A stretch of 64,000 bases of DNA from NCBI GenBank assembly GCA_963752475.1, contig CAVVYR010000019.1, positions 128,001 through 192,000 of the forward strand, read 5' to 3'. The notes below the pieces were generated by a model, which ran no database searches, was not told the DNA's origin, and saw only the letters and a program-made list of their open reading frames with translations. Origin of the DNA: an uncultured Chloroflexia bacterium. Lineage in GTDB: Bacteria > Chloroflexota > Limnocylindria > Limnocylindrales > CSP1-4. This document shows, piece by piece, positions 49,443 through 60,701 of the stretch; position 1 is the first letter of the stretch; every line of letters begins with the position of its first letter. Made by a program: the position numbers and the translations under genes.

Positions 49443-50327
49443 ATGAACTCAGAACGCGCCGCCATCAGCGACGCGCCCGCGGGCGAGGGCTCCGACCCTC
49501 GCCGGCGGGAAACCCGGCAGCTCGACATGAAGGGCATCTACAAGTCCTTCGGTGGGGTGCGGGTGCTCGAGGATGTCGACTTCCATCTCGATGCTGGCGA
49601 GGTGGTGGGTCTCCTGGGAGACAACGGCGCGGGCAAGTCGACGCTGATCAAGATCATCACGGGCTATCACCAGCCCGACCAGGGCGAGCTCTACTTCAGC
49701 GGCACCCAGGTCCACGACCTCACCGTCCCCCGGGCCCGGGGCCTGGGCGTGGAGACCGTGTACCAGGAGCGCGCTCTCGCTGAGCAGCTTCCGCTCTGGC
49801 GCAACATCTTCGTGGGCCGCTACATCAGCAACCGTCTGGGGCTCATGGATGTCGGCGAGATGCGCCGCATCACAGAGCAGCTCATGACCGAGGAGATGGG
49901 CTTCACCTCCGCCGTGCTCACGCCCGACACCACCGTCACTGGCCTTTCCGGCGGCGAACGCCAGGGGCTGGCCATCGTACGAGCCCTGCACTTCGAAGCC
50001 GAGACGATCATCCTTGACGAGCCGACCATGGGGCTCTCGCTAAAGGAGACCGAGAAGCTGCTCAAGTTCGTGGATGGCATCCGCGCGAAGGGCAAGTCGG
50101 CCATCTTCATCGACCACAACTTCTTCCACGTCTATTCGGTCGCTGACCGCATCGTGGTGCTGGATCGGGGCACGGTCGCGGCGGACTTCCCGAAGTCGCA
50201 GTACACGATGAACGAGCTCATGGACATCATGCGCGAGATCGCATCGTCCGGGCACTTCGAGCCCGATCGCAGCAAGGCTGGCGCCAGCGACGAAGCGGCC
50301 AACGTGATCCACGGGGCGGCCGGATGA
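49443..50327 (+). CDS. Single-domain sugar ABC ATP-binding protein
   Basis: [22 protein letters not shown]. Confidence 0.9.
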   Translation: MNSERAAISDAPAGEGSDPRRRETRQLDMKGIYKSFGGVRVLEDVDFHLDAGEVVGLLGDNGAGKSTLIKIITGYHQPDQGELYFSGTQVHDLTVPRARGLGVETVYQERALAEQLPLWRNIFVGRYISNRLGLMDVGEMRRITEQLMTEEMGFTSAVLTPDTTVTGLSGGERQGLAIVRALHFEAETIILDEPTMGLSLKETEKLLKFVDGIRAKGKSAIFIDHNFFHVYSVADRIVVLDRGTVAADFPKSQYTMNELMDIMREIASSGHFEPDRSKAGASDEAANVIHGAAG

Positions 50328-51349
50328 CGGCTGCAGAGACTCCCAACCAGACGCCGCCACCCAGCACGCGCGACCAGGCGACTCGATCAGCCTTCACGGA
50401 CTTCATGCGCAGGTGGGCAAGTCAGGTCGGCATCACCGTCGCCTTCGTCTTGCTCTGGGTCCTCTTCATAGTCATGGCGCCGAACACGTTCGGGACCGAC
50501 CTGATCTACAAGTCCTTCGGCCAGACCATCCCGTACTTCGGCATCATCGCGATGATGCTCACGATGGTCATCGTGGCAGGCGACATCGACCTCTCATTCC
50601 CGTCTGTGATGGCCCTGGGCATGGTCGGCTTCGTGTGGGTCTGGGATGCCACGGACATCGTGGTCTTGAGCGTCATCGCCGCCATCAGCATCGGTGCCCT
50701 GGCTGGCCTCTTTAACGGCCTCGTCATCACCATGATCGGCCTCCCGTCACTGGTCGTTACCATCGGGACGCAGTTCCTCTTCCGAGGCTTGACGCTGGTG
50801 CTCGTAGGTGGCAGCTCCTATGCGCTGTCCGCCACGCGTGGCGAACCTGTGCGTGAGCTGCTGGTGGGCAAGCCCTTCGGCCTGCCCATGGAGTTCTTCT
50901 GGTTCGTGGGCATCGCCATACTGGCCTGGGTCCTGCTGAACCGGCACCGCCTCGGTGGCAATACCTATGTCATCGGCGACAACGCCCAGACGGCTCGGCT
51001 GATGGGCGTCCCGATCCGTCGCACGCGGATCATTCTCTTCATGCTCACCGGCATGGCCGCAGCCCTGGCAGGCATGATGATGTCCCTGCAGGTCGTCAAC
51101 TTCTACCCCAACTTGGGCTCTGGATTGCTGCTGCCGGCGCTGGCCGCCGTGTTCGTGGGCGGCACCTCGGTGTTCGGCGGTCGCGGCTCGATCTACGGCA
51201 CGTTCATCGGTGCCCTGATGATTGGGGCCATCCCGGCCGGCATCGTGGCTTCGGGCCTGACCGACTTCTGGACGGGGGCCATCTACGGCGCCATCATCCT
51301 CATCGCCATCAGCATCCACGCCATCCTGCAGCGTCGCTTCCAGCGCTAG
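50324..51349 (+). CDS. Sugar ABC permease
   Basis: GDIDLS, IGDNAQTARLMGV, AAVFVGGTS. Confidence 0.9.
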   Translation: MTAAETPNQTPPPSTRDQATRSAFTDFMRRWASQVGITVAFVLLWVLFIVMAPNTFGTDLIYKSFGQTIPYFGIIAMMLTMVIVAGDIDLSFPSVMALGMVGFVWVWDATDIVVLSVIAAISIGALAGLFNGLVITMIGLPSLVVTIGTQFLFRGLTLVLVGGSSYALSATRGEPVRELLVGKPFGLPMEFFWFVGIAILAWVLLNRHRLGGNTYVIGDNAQTARLMGVPIRRTRIILFMLTGMAAALAGMMMSLQVVNFYPNLGSGLLLPALAAVFVGGTSVFGGRGSIYGTFIGALMIGAIPAGIVASGLTDFWTGAIYGAIILIAISIHAILQRRFQR

Positions 51350-51428
51350 TCACCGCCCCTTCGGACAGCGCGAGACGACCCCGGTCTGGACGAACACCCA
51401 GCTGCAGCGTGCTTGCCAGACATAAGAA

Positions 51429-51454
51429 GACACCCCGGGGTTCCCCGGGGTGTC
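51429..51454. terminator. Hairpin terminator between convergent genes
   Basis: GACACCCCGGGG-TT-CCCCGGGGTGTC. Confidence 0.75.
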
Positions 51455-51476
51455 CCTCGTTGCGCGGGTGTTCGAA

Positions 51477-51827
<351 letters not shown>

Positions 51828-51851
51828 GGGGTGTTCCTTTCTAGAGGAGGT

Positions 51852-52181
51852 TCAGTCGGCTACGGACTGGATGAGCTTGTAAGCCTCGAGGATCCGGGGA
51901 TCGCTCAGGCGGTAGAGGACGGTGTTGCCATCGCGGCGTGACTCCACGATGCCCGCTGACCGCAGCACCGAGAGGTGCTGGCTCATATTGGGCACCTGAC
52001 AGCTGGCCTCCCGAGAGAGGTCGCTGACGGAGCGTTCACCTTGTGACAGGCACTCCAGCACACAGAGCCGCTTGGGGTCAGCCAGCGCACGGCTGATGGC
52101 CGCGTATCGCTGACGCTCGTCCTCGGTCGTGAGAGCCGACGCCGCGGGGGGCGTGGTGTCGGCCTCGGGTGCTGTCGTCAT
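51852..52181 (-). CDS. ArsR/SmtB family regulator
   Basis: ALADPKRL, MSQHLSVLRSAGIVESRRDG. Confidence 0.9.
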   Translation of the reverse strand: MTTAPEADTTPPAASALTTEDERQRYAAISRALADPKRLCVLECLSQGERSVSDLSREASCQVPNMSQHLSVLRSAGIVESRRDGNTVLYRLSDPRILEAYKLIQSVAD

Positions 52182-52203
52182 GATCGGTCACATGTTCTCA
52201 TCG

Positions 52204-52221
52204 TTTGCGCAAGTACGCAAA
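52204..52221. promoter_or_regulatory. Palindromic operator upstream of arsR-trxA
   Basis: TTTGCG-CAAGTA-CGCAAA in an AT-rich patch. Confidence 0.6.
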
Positions 52222-52374
52222 TAGATAGATGACAGCTCCGTGACGGGAGGCGCATGGTCGCCGGTGTGCGCCTCACGCTGGACCCCTGACGCGCCATCCT
52301 TGCTGGCCGACGTCGTTCGTCCCACCAGGACGTCCGATCGACCGACGAGACCCTTGAACCGGAGTGCTCCGACG

Positions 52375-52803
52375 TCAGTCGAGGCCGAGCTCGTGCAGCC
52401 GCTCGTCGTCGATGCCGGCGTGGTGGGCCAGCTCGTGCATCACCGTGATGCGGACTTCCTCCTCCAGGTCGGCGGGGTCCGGGAAGTCGGCCTCCAGCGG
52501 CAGTCGGAAGAGTGAGATCTTGTTCGGCAATGCTGCCCAGTCGGAGCCCCACTCGGTCGCGGGCACACCCTCGTAGAGCCCGTAGAGCCAACCGTCGGGC
52601 ACACCGCCGACCGTCGCCTGGTCCCGGGTAGGGGAGTCCTCGATGACGATGGCAACGTCCTCGAGCAGCCGGGCGAAGTCCGCGGGCAGGTCGTCGAGCG
52701 CCCGCTCCACGAGCGTCTCGAAGGGCACGTGCTCACGCGGCGCCGGCCGAACGCGACGGTCCGGGTGCTGACGCGAGAGCTGGCCGCGACGACGGATGGG
52801 CAT
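52375..52803 (-). CDS. Zincin-like metallopeptidase (Zincin_1)
   Basis: LYGLYEGVP, ITVMHELAHHAGIDDERLHELG. Confidence 0.88.
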   Translation of the reverse strand: MPIRRRGQLSRQHPDRRVRPAPREHVPFETLVERALDDLPADFARLLEDVAIVIEDSPTRDQATVGGVPDGWLYGLYEGVPATEWGSDWAALPNKISLFRLPLEADFPDPADLEEEVRITVMHELAHHAGIDDERLHELGLD

Positions 52804-52845
52804 GCCCAGAGGATGGCACGGCCGCGCCGACGTATGCTCAGACGC

Positions 52846-53748
52846 GTGAGTCATCCCGGTCCCGCCCCAGAGTCGATGGTCGTCCAACTCCAGGGCGGAG
52901 AGCGCATCCACTACCTCGCCTGGGACGGCGGCCCCGGCCGTCCGCTCGTGCTCGTGCACGGCCTGGCTCGCACCGCCTGGACCTGGTTGCCCATCGGCCG
53001 GCGGCTGGCTCCCGGCCTTCCGGTGATCGCGCCCGATCTGCGTGGCCACGGTGCCAGTGACGCCCCACTCCAGGGCTACGAGCTCGAGTCCCTCGCGCTG
53101 GACGTGCTCACGGTCGTCGCCGGCGCCGGCTGGGGCGAGGCCGTCGATGGCCCTCCGGTGGTCGTCGCCGGCCACGGACTCGGCGCCATGATCGCGGTCG
53201 AGATGGCGCGGGTGCAGCCGGCTTCGGTCGCGGGGGTGGCCCTCGTCGACGGCGGCTGGGAGGAGATGGTCGAGGCTACCCGGCTGCTGCCCGATCAGCT
53301 CGTGGAGGCCATGGCCGAGCCACCGGAGGTGCTGGCCTCGATGGACACGTACCTTGCGGACCGGCGTGACTTCGATCCCGCCAGCTGGGACGCCGACCAA
53401 GAGGTCGCGGCCCGGGCCCAGGTCAGCGAGCGCCACGCCGGACACGTGGGTCCCGTGACGAAGGGCTCGGTCGTCCGTCGGTGCGTGGCCGCGATGTACG
53501 GCTACCAGCCGCTCGAGGCACTCGTCGACGTGGCCTGTCCGGTCTCGCTCATCGCGGCCAGCCCATCGACGGCTGACGACGAGGACGAACGGGAGCGCCG
53601 CCTGGCGGTCGACGATGCGCAACTCGCCCGCGAGCAGGCCGGCAGATCCGCGATGTCCGTGCGTCGCTTCGCCGGCATCGGCCATGACCTCATGCGCTAT
53701 CGGCCAGACGAGCTGGCTGCCGAGCTGGAGCGCCTGGCCGGCAGCTGA
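52846..53748 (+). CDS. Alpha/beta hydrolase fold protein (nucleophile Ser replaced by Gly)
   Basis: LVHG, DLRGHGAS, GHGLG, C-terminal GH. Confidence 0.85.
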   Translation: MSHPGPAPESMVVQLQGGERIHYLAWDGGPGRPLVLVHGLARTAWTWLPIGRRLAPGLPVIAPDLRGHGASDAPLQGYELESLALDVLTVVAGAGWGEAVDGPPVVVAGHGLGAMIAVEMARVQPASVAGVALVDGGWEEMVEATRLLPDQLVEAMAEPPEVLASMDTYLADRRDFDPASWDADQEVAARAQVSERHAGHVGPVTKGSVVRRCVAAMYGYQPLEALVDVACPVSLIAASPSTADDEDERERRLAVDDAQLAREQAGRSAMSVRRFAGIGHDLMRYRPDELAAELERLAGS

Positions 53749-53795
53749 GGGTGCCGCCCACGTGCGTACATGCACGACGGGGGTACCATGTCGCG

Positions 53796-53978
53796 GTGGA
53801 CATCCTGCTCGTACTGGTGGTCATCCTCATCATCGTGCTCATCTGGCGCGGCCCTTCCATGCTGCCCCAGTTCGGCGAGGCCCTGGGCAAGGCCGTCAAG
53901 GGCGCACGCGACACGATGGACCGAGACTCCGCTGAGTCGAAGTCGACGGACGACGACAGCCAGCCCTCCGGCCAGTAG
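53796..53978 (+). CDS. tatA: TatA/E-like translocase subunit
   Basis: TM helix followed by [17 protein letters not shown]. Confidence 0.8.
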   Translation: MDILLVLVVILIIVLIWRGPSMLPQFGEALGKAVKGARDTMDRDSAESKSTDDDSQPSGQ

Positions 53979-53983
53979 CCCGC

Positions 53984-54559
53984 GTGAGCGACAGCCCCAT
54001 CGGGCGTGCCGTCCGCACCATCCTGGGTGAGATCGGGGAGGACCCTGATCGTGCCGGACTGACCGATACCCCCGCGCGCGTCGAGCGCATGTATGCCGAG
54101 CTCACCGCCGGCTACGCGATGGGGCCGGACGAGGTCCTCAACGACGCTGTCTTCGACGTGGACTATTCCGAGATGGTGGTGGTCAAGGACATCCCCTTCC
54201 ACTCACTCTGCGAACACCACATGCTGCCCTTCGCCGGCGTGGCCGCCGTCGCCTACATCCCCGCCGGGCGCGTGATCGGCCTCTCGAAGATCCCGCGTGT
54301 CGTGGACATGTACGCCAAGCGGCTCCAGATCCAGGAGCGGCTCACGCAGGAGATCGCCGACTTCCTCATGGAGAACCTCGCACCCAAGGGTGTCGGCGTC
54401 GTCGTCGAAGCCACGCACCTGTGCGCGAGCATGCGCGGCGTACGCAAGCCGGGCATGGTCATGACAACATCCGCGGTCCTCGGTCTGTTCCGCACGAGCG
54501 ACAAGACCCGGGCCGAGTTCTTCAGCCACCTCGAGCGCCCGTCCGGAGGCGCCACCTAG
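53984..54559 (+). CDS. folE: GTP cyclohydrolase I
   Basis: [34 protein letters not shown]. Confidence 0.96.
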   Translation: MSDSPIGRAVRTILGEIGEDPDRAGLTDTPARVERMYAELTAGYAMGPDEVLNDAVFDVDYSEMVVVKDIPFHSLCEHHMLPFAGVAAVAYIPAGRVIGLSKIPRVVDMYAKRLQIQERLTQEIADFLMENLAPKGVGVVVEATHLCASMRGVRKPGMVMTTSAVLGLFRTSDKTRAEFFSHLERPSGGAT

Positions 54560-54581
54560 CCATCTCGGAGTCGACAGCCCC

Positions 54582-56165
54582 ATGATCAGCCGCTCGCCGC
54601 GCCGGACCCGTCGTCTTCCGGCCGTCACGTCGCTGCCCGCGGTCGCCCTCGCGACCGTCTTCGTGGTCGCCGCCTGCGGTGGGGGCGGCGCCGACCCCAC
54701 CCCCGAGCCCACCCCCGTCGTGACCGAGGCACCCGCACCCGTCACTCCCGAGCCCACCCCCGACCCCACGCCCGAGCCGACCCCCGAGCCCACGCCGGAG
54801 CCGACACCAGAGCCGACACCGGAGCCCACGGCCGAGCCGACGCCCAGCCCGACACCGATCCCGACGCGCACACCGCGCCCCACGCCGCGACCGACCGTCG
54901 AGCCCACGCCCACCCCGGAACCGACGCCCGAGCCCACGCCAAGCCCCACGCCATTCCCCTCGTTCCTGCCCGAGATGATCGGCTACGTCATCGACCCTGA
55001 CACGGCCCTGCCCGTGGTGCCCGAGGGCGTCGGTGGTCCGTGGTGGTGGGAGTGGAAGCCTCGGCTGCCGATCGACGCCTCATTGCGCTACTCATCCGAT
55101 GAACCGAGGGCGAGCGACCTCGATCCCGACCAGCGTCGCGTCTCGCTGTTGGTCGACTTCGGCCTGCACAAGGACGCCCTGGCGGTGGCTCAGGAGCTCG
55201 AGGCGGCGGTCGGCGACCCGGACGCGGAAGCCGCCTGGCTGGAGGCGGCGGGACAGGATGGTGCCGCTGGCTTCGGCTGGCTCGGGAGCGAGGCCTCGCT
55301 GACCCCGTTCGTGCAAGTCATCGACCGCTGGCTCCTCGTCAGCGAGTTGGCCTACGACCCGGAGGCCGACCCCGGTGACGACATCGAGGCCAGCCCGCGC
55401 TATGCCTCGCCGCTGGCGCTGACGCTGGACGAGATGTCACGCGAGCTGATCGTCGAGGACACCTGGTCGCGCGACAAGTCGGTGGCCTTCGACCTCGTCT
55501 GTCGCGGCGACCACGACGGGCTGATCACGATGAGCCAGGATCTCGCCGACAACGCCGAGCTCTACGATTTCCAGCCGGTGTGGCTGGAGCCCGGCATCAC
55601 CGACGAGCAGCGACGTGCTCGCCGGACGCTGCGACTGCTGAACAACATGGATGACGCCACGCTCACCGACCTGGTCGACGACGTGGAGTTCCAGAAGCTG
55701 GCCACCGCGCTGCTCGACGCCGGCGCGCAGGGCATGACCGCCGAGGACGAGGCGCTGACCGACATGCGCGACTACATCGAGGAGCTGGTCATCGCCTACC
55801 GGCCCAACCTCGACACCATCGCCTACCTGTTGGACCCCGAGGTCTTCGAGTCGGCGGCCCGGGACTTCGCCGAGCGGGCGGCGCAGGAGATCCTCGTCGG
55901 TGAGCTCATCCGGCCGCAGGACGTCGCCTCCGGGCAGTTCGCGGCGGCACGGTACGGCGCGCACGACGCTCCCATCCCCTGGATCATGGGCGAAGCGGCC
56001 TCCTATGCCGAGCTCTATGACGGCGAGCTCTCGATGTCGCTGGGCCTCTTCCATGGTGTGGCCGCCGGGCTCGGGCCGCTGGTCGACTACCTCGAGGCCG
56101 GGGGCTGTGGCGACGTCCGCGTCGAGTTCCTCGACTACGGCTACGGCGTCAGCCTGCGGGAGTAG
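54582..56165 (+). CDS. Putative lipoprotein with PEPT repeats and unknown acidic domain
   Basis: VAAC lipobox, (PEPT)n linker, paralogous to the next gene. Confidence 0.8.
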   Translation: MISRSPRRTRRLPAVTSLPAVALATVFVVAACGGGGADPTPEPTPVVTEAPAPVTPEPTPDPTPEPTPEPTPEPTPEPTPEPTAEPTPSPTPIPTRTPRPTPRPTVEPTPTPEPTPEPTPSPTPFPSFLPEMIGYVIDPDTALPVVPEGVGGPWWWEWKPRLPIDASLRYSSDEPRASDLDPDQRRVSLLVDFGLHKDALAVAQELEAAVGDPDAEAAWLEAAGQDGAAGFGWLGSEASLTPFVQVIDRWLLVSELAYDPEADPGDDIEASPRYASPLALTLDEMSRELIVEDTWSRDKSVAFDLVCRGDHDGLITMSQDLADNAELYDFQPVWLEPGITDEQRRARRTLRLLNNMDDATLTDLVDDVEFQKLATALLDAGAQGMTAEDEALTDMRDYIEELVIAYRPNLDTIAYLLDPEVFESAARDFAERAAQEILVGELIRPQDVASGQFAAARYGAHDAPIPWIMGEAASYAELYDGELSMSLGLFHGVAAGLGPLVDYLEAGGCGDVRVEFLDYGYGVSLRE

Positions 56166-56174
56166 GGCGACCGC

Positions 56175-57527
56175 ATGCGCTCCATGCGTCCGATGCGCCC
56201 ACAGCGAGCGGCGCTGCCCGGGTTGCTGGTCATGGTCCTCATCGCGACCGGTGGCGTGTTCGTGGCCCTCGCGGTCCAGGCGCTGATGCCCGACGACTTC
56301 CTCGAGTCCGACCCGCGCGACGGTCTGCAGGCCGAGGACATCGAGCTCGATCCCGCGACCCGGCTGCCCATCATCCCGGTCTTCGAGGAGGCCGAGGTCA
56401 TCACCTGGACCGGCCAGCAGCCGAGCGACGTCGTCGATGGATCGAAGACCTGGGCCTCCCAGGCTCCGAACGGCGAGTTCGACGCTGAGACACCGGCGGT
56501 GTCGCTCATGGCGACCTATCCGAGCCACGAAGAGGCCCTGGCGGTCGGTCAGCGGTTGGCGGAGACCGTGGGCGATGCGGCTGCCGAGGCGGCCTGGCTC
56601 GAGGCTGCCGGCGTGGAGCCGGGTGATGGTTTCGAGTGGCAGGGACCCGGCCGCTCGGAGACGCCGTTCGTGCAGGTGGTCGATCGCTATCTGCTGGTCG
56701 ACGGCCTCGAGTGGCACGAATCGTTCGAGGGCTCCGTCGACGCCGCACCGGAAGAGGGCCTGACCTTCCGCGCGCCGCTGGCGCTTGCCCTCGATGGCTC
56801 GGCCTCGTCGGTGCTGGTGGATTCCTCGCGATCGGAGCAGGCGATCGCCTTCGACCTCGTGTGCAGCGGAGAGGCAGAGGCGTTGACGACGCTGGGGCAG
56901 TCGCTCGCCGACTACACCGCCGCTGCTTCTGCTGGTTATGCCCTGCGGCCGCCGTGGATCGACCCGCCGCTCACCTTCGAGGAGGAGCGTGCGCGTCGCA
57001 CGCTGCGGCTGGTGCGAACGCTGTGGGAGTCGTCGTTGGTGCAGTCGTTCGTGGGGTCCGAGGAGATGGCGCGCCTGACCACCGAGCTGGCAGGAGCGCT
57101 GGAGTCAGGCGACGCGTTCCGGACGCGGGCGGCGGCTGACGCGATCGAGGCACATCTCGCGGACGTGGTCGCGAACGAGCTGCCTGACACCGGCCCGCTG
57201 GCGGACGCGCTCGATCCGGACGTGCTGGCCTCGACGATGGCCGAGTACGCGGCACTGCTCGTGGATGCGTCCAACGAGGTCGCGTCGCTGACCGACGGGG
57301 ATCGACGCGCCAGGGCCGTGCCGTTCGGCGCCTCCCAAGCGGCCACGTGGCGCGACGGCGGTGCCTTCGGCCAGCAGCTGGTCGATGAGCGTCGACTGTG
57401 GTTCAGCCTGGCCTCGTGGAGCGGGGTGGCCCAGGGCTTCGAGCCCTTCGTGCGCTACCTCGAGGGCAACGGCTGCGACACCGTTCGCATGGTCCACCAC
57501 GACTTCGACGACGTTCGCGAGGACTGA
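56175..57527 (+). CDS. Membrane-anchored paralog of the upstream acidic domain
   Basis: N-terminal TM, shared [24 protein letters not shown] and RARRTLRL blocks. Confidence 0.8.
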   Translation: MRSMRPMRPQRAALPGLLVMVLIATGGVFVALAVQALMPDDFLESDPRDGLQAEDIELDPATRLPIIPVFEEAEVITWTGQQPSDVVDGSKTWASQAPNGEFDAETPAVSLMATYPSHEEALAVGQRLAETVGDAAAEAAWLEAAGVEPGDGFEWQGPGRSETPFVQVVDRYLLVDGLEWHESFEGSVDAAPEEGLTFRAPLALALDGSASSVLVDSSRSEQAIAFDLVCSGEAEALTTLGQSLADYTAAASAGYALRPPWIDPPLTFEEERARRTLRLVRTLWESSLVQSFVGSEEMARLTTELAGALESGDAFRTRAAADAIEAHLADVVANELPDTGPLADALDPDVLASTMAEYAALLVDASNEVASLTDGDRRARAVPFGASQAATWRDGGAFGQQLVDERRLWFSLASWSGVAQGFEPFVRYLEGNGCDTVRMVHHDFDDVRED

Positions 57528-57573
57528 GCGACGGACGCGCCGATCGGGGTCGAACCGCGCTACGATCGTGCCC

Positions 57574-57977
57574 ATGACCGACCGACCGCTCAAGGTGCTC
57601 ATCGCCAAACCCGGCCTCGACGGCCACGACCGTGGGGCCAAGGTGCTCGCGCGCGGTCTACGCGACGAGGGCTTCGAGGTCGTCTACACGGGACTCCGCC
57701 AGACGCCCGAGATGGTGGCCACGGCGGCCCTGCAGGAGGACGTCGACGTGGTCGGCCTTTCGATCCTCTCTGGCGCGCATCTGACGCTGCTGCCCAAGAT
57801 CTGCGAGCTGCTGCGGGCAGAGGACATGGGTGACGTGCTCGTGACCGCCGGTGGCATCATCCCCACCGATGACATCCCGGCGCTCAAGGAGGCCGGTGTG
57901 GCCGAGGTCTTCGGTCCGGGCACGACCATCGGTGAGATCGCCGACTTCATGCGCCAGAACGCGCAGCCCAGAGCCTG

Positions 57978-57978
<1 letters not shown>
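57574..57978 (+). CDS. Acyl-CoA (methylmalonyl-CoA) mutase cobalamin-binding subunit
   Basis: [31 protein letters not shown]. Confidence 0.95.
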
Positions 57979-58953
<975 letters not shown>

Positions 58954-58967
<14 letters not shown>

Positions 58968-59898
58968 CCTCCTCGGCCGCTTCGGCCTCCGCGGTCTCGT
59001 TTTCGACGGCTACCTGCGCCGCGAAGACCGCCGTCGGTTCGACGCGATACAGGGCTCCGCGCTTGTTGCCCACGCTGCCGGCGACCCAGAACGAGCCATC
59101 CGGCGCGGCCGAGACCGAGTTGACGCGCATGCGGTCGAGCACCGTGGCTTCCTGGCCGTCCCGATGGAGCCTGATGCCCTTGCCGTTGTCAGTCCTTACC
59201 GCGAGTACGCCATCCTCGGAGATGGCTCGATTCGAGCCACGCCGTGAGACGACCTGCCACTCCGTGCCGTCGAATAGCCGCATGCCGTCCCAGGCCTCGA
59301 CGCCGATGATGTCGTCGGCCCCAAGGAAGACGTTGCCGGTCCAGATCCCTTCGAGGTGCGGGATGAGCTCGGTGCCATCCCACTGCTCGACGCCGATCCC
59401 CCCACCGAGCCAGACCGAGCCCTCCGGCGCGACCACGCTGTTCGACGCCTTGGTCGATGACCACTCCCCGTCCTCGAAGATGGCGACGCGACTGCCGAAG
59501 AGCCACAGGCGGCCGTCGTCATCGAAGGCCAGGGAGCCGTGGTACTCACCCAGGCCGTCCGCACGTCCGTAGGTCTTCTCCCGGCCCAAGGGCCAGAGTC
59601 GGGATACGTTTCGTTGCCTGCCATCGTCGCGCTTGACCCTGATCATGACGCTGAGCCAGACATCGCCGTCCGGACCCACGGCGATGTGGCTGTGGCCACC
59701 CTGGCCCTTGGGCCACTTCCTCGCGAGGTCATGGCCGGCGTCGTCGTCGAGGATGCGCAGCACGCCGGGTGCGACCTCCTTCGTGCGCCAGCTCTGGTAC
59801 TCCGTCGGGCCGTCCGCGTCCTGGGCGGCCACTCCACCTGTGCTACCGGCGAGCAGGCACACCGTGGCCGCCGCGATCCCGAACCGCTTGAGGTTCAT
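58954..59898 (-). CDS. Secreted beta-propeller-like hypothetical protein
   Basis: Signal peptide, repeated PDG.VW / FDG.EW blades, SD AGGAGG. Confidence 0.75.
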
Positions 59899-60035
59899 CC
59901 GAAGTCCTCCTGCATGGCTGCCTCGAGAGCAGCACCGCACAACCCCTCTCGTCCTCTAAGAGGCCACGAGACGCCGGTTTCGTTCCACCTTGCCACCAGG
60001 AGATGGGCGTGAAGCCATGTGCTACGTTGTAGAAC

Positions 60036-60311
60036 ATGAGCACGGTCGGGATCCGAGCACTCAAGCAGAACGCCTCCGCGGTGGTGGCAGAGGCCGCGGC
60101 CGGCGATATCGTGGTCATCACCGACCGCGGTCGGCCGGTAGCCATGCTCGTGCCCTACAAGGAGAGCCGCATCCAGGCGATGATCGACGCCGGCCTGGCC
60201 ACTCCACCGACCCGCTCGCTCGCGGACCTGCCCCCTCCGAGGCGCCGTCGTCCGGGAGAGCGGCCGTTGACCGAGATCCTGGAGGAGATGCGCTCCGAGG
60301 AGCGCTACTAG
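60036..60311 (+). CDS. vapB: Phd/YefM family antitoxin
   Basis: VGIRALKQNAS...ITDRGRPVAMLVP. Confidence 0.9.
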   Translation: MSTVGIRALKQNASAVVAEAAAGDIVVITDRGRPVAMLVPYKESRIQAMIDAGLATPPTRSLADLPPPRRRRPGERPLTEILEEMRSEERY

Positions 60312-60701
60312 GTGTTCTACCTGGAGACCTCCGCGGCCACGAAGTTGGTGCTCGTGGAACGAGGCTCGGCCGCGCTGCGTCGCTGGCTCGCACCTCGTGT
60401 CTCGGCCGTGTTTTCGAGTGACCTCCTGAGAACGGAACTACTCCGCGTGGCTCGCCGTTCTTCGCCGGATGACATCCTGCAGGCCCGTGAGGTCCTCGAT
60501 TCGATGCCGCTGTCGGGCTTGTCCACGGAGTTGTTCGAGCGGGCGGCACTGTTCGAGCCGAGGCAGATGCGTAGTCTCGATGCCCTGCACCTGGCTGCCG
60601 CGATGGAGGCCGGCACGGATCTCGATGGGATCATCACCTACGACGCCCGTCTATCGGAGGCGGCCGAGGGCCTTGGCGTCAACGTGATCAGCCCTCGGTA
60701 G
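60312..60701 (+). CDS. vapC: PIN-domain toxin
   Basis: YLETSA..KL, RSLDALHLAAA, ITYDARL, directly abutting the antitoxin. Confidence 0.9.
   Translation: MFYLETSAATKLVLVERGSAALRRWLAPRVSAVFSSDLLRTELLRVARRSSPDDILQAREVLDSMPLSGLSTELFERAALFEPRQMRSLDALHLAAAMEAGTDLDGIITYDARLSEAAEGLGVNVISPR

Noticed and set aside
54690-54960. DNA tandem repeat or contingency locus
   Set aside because: Explained by the PEPT protein linker with synonymous variation.
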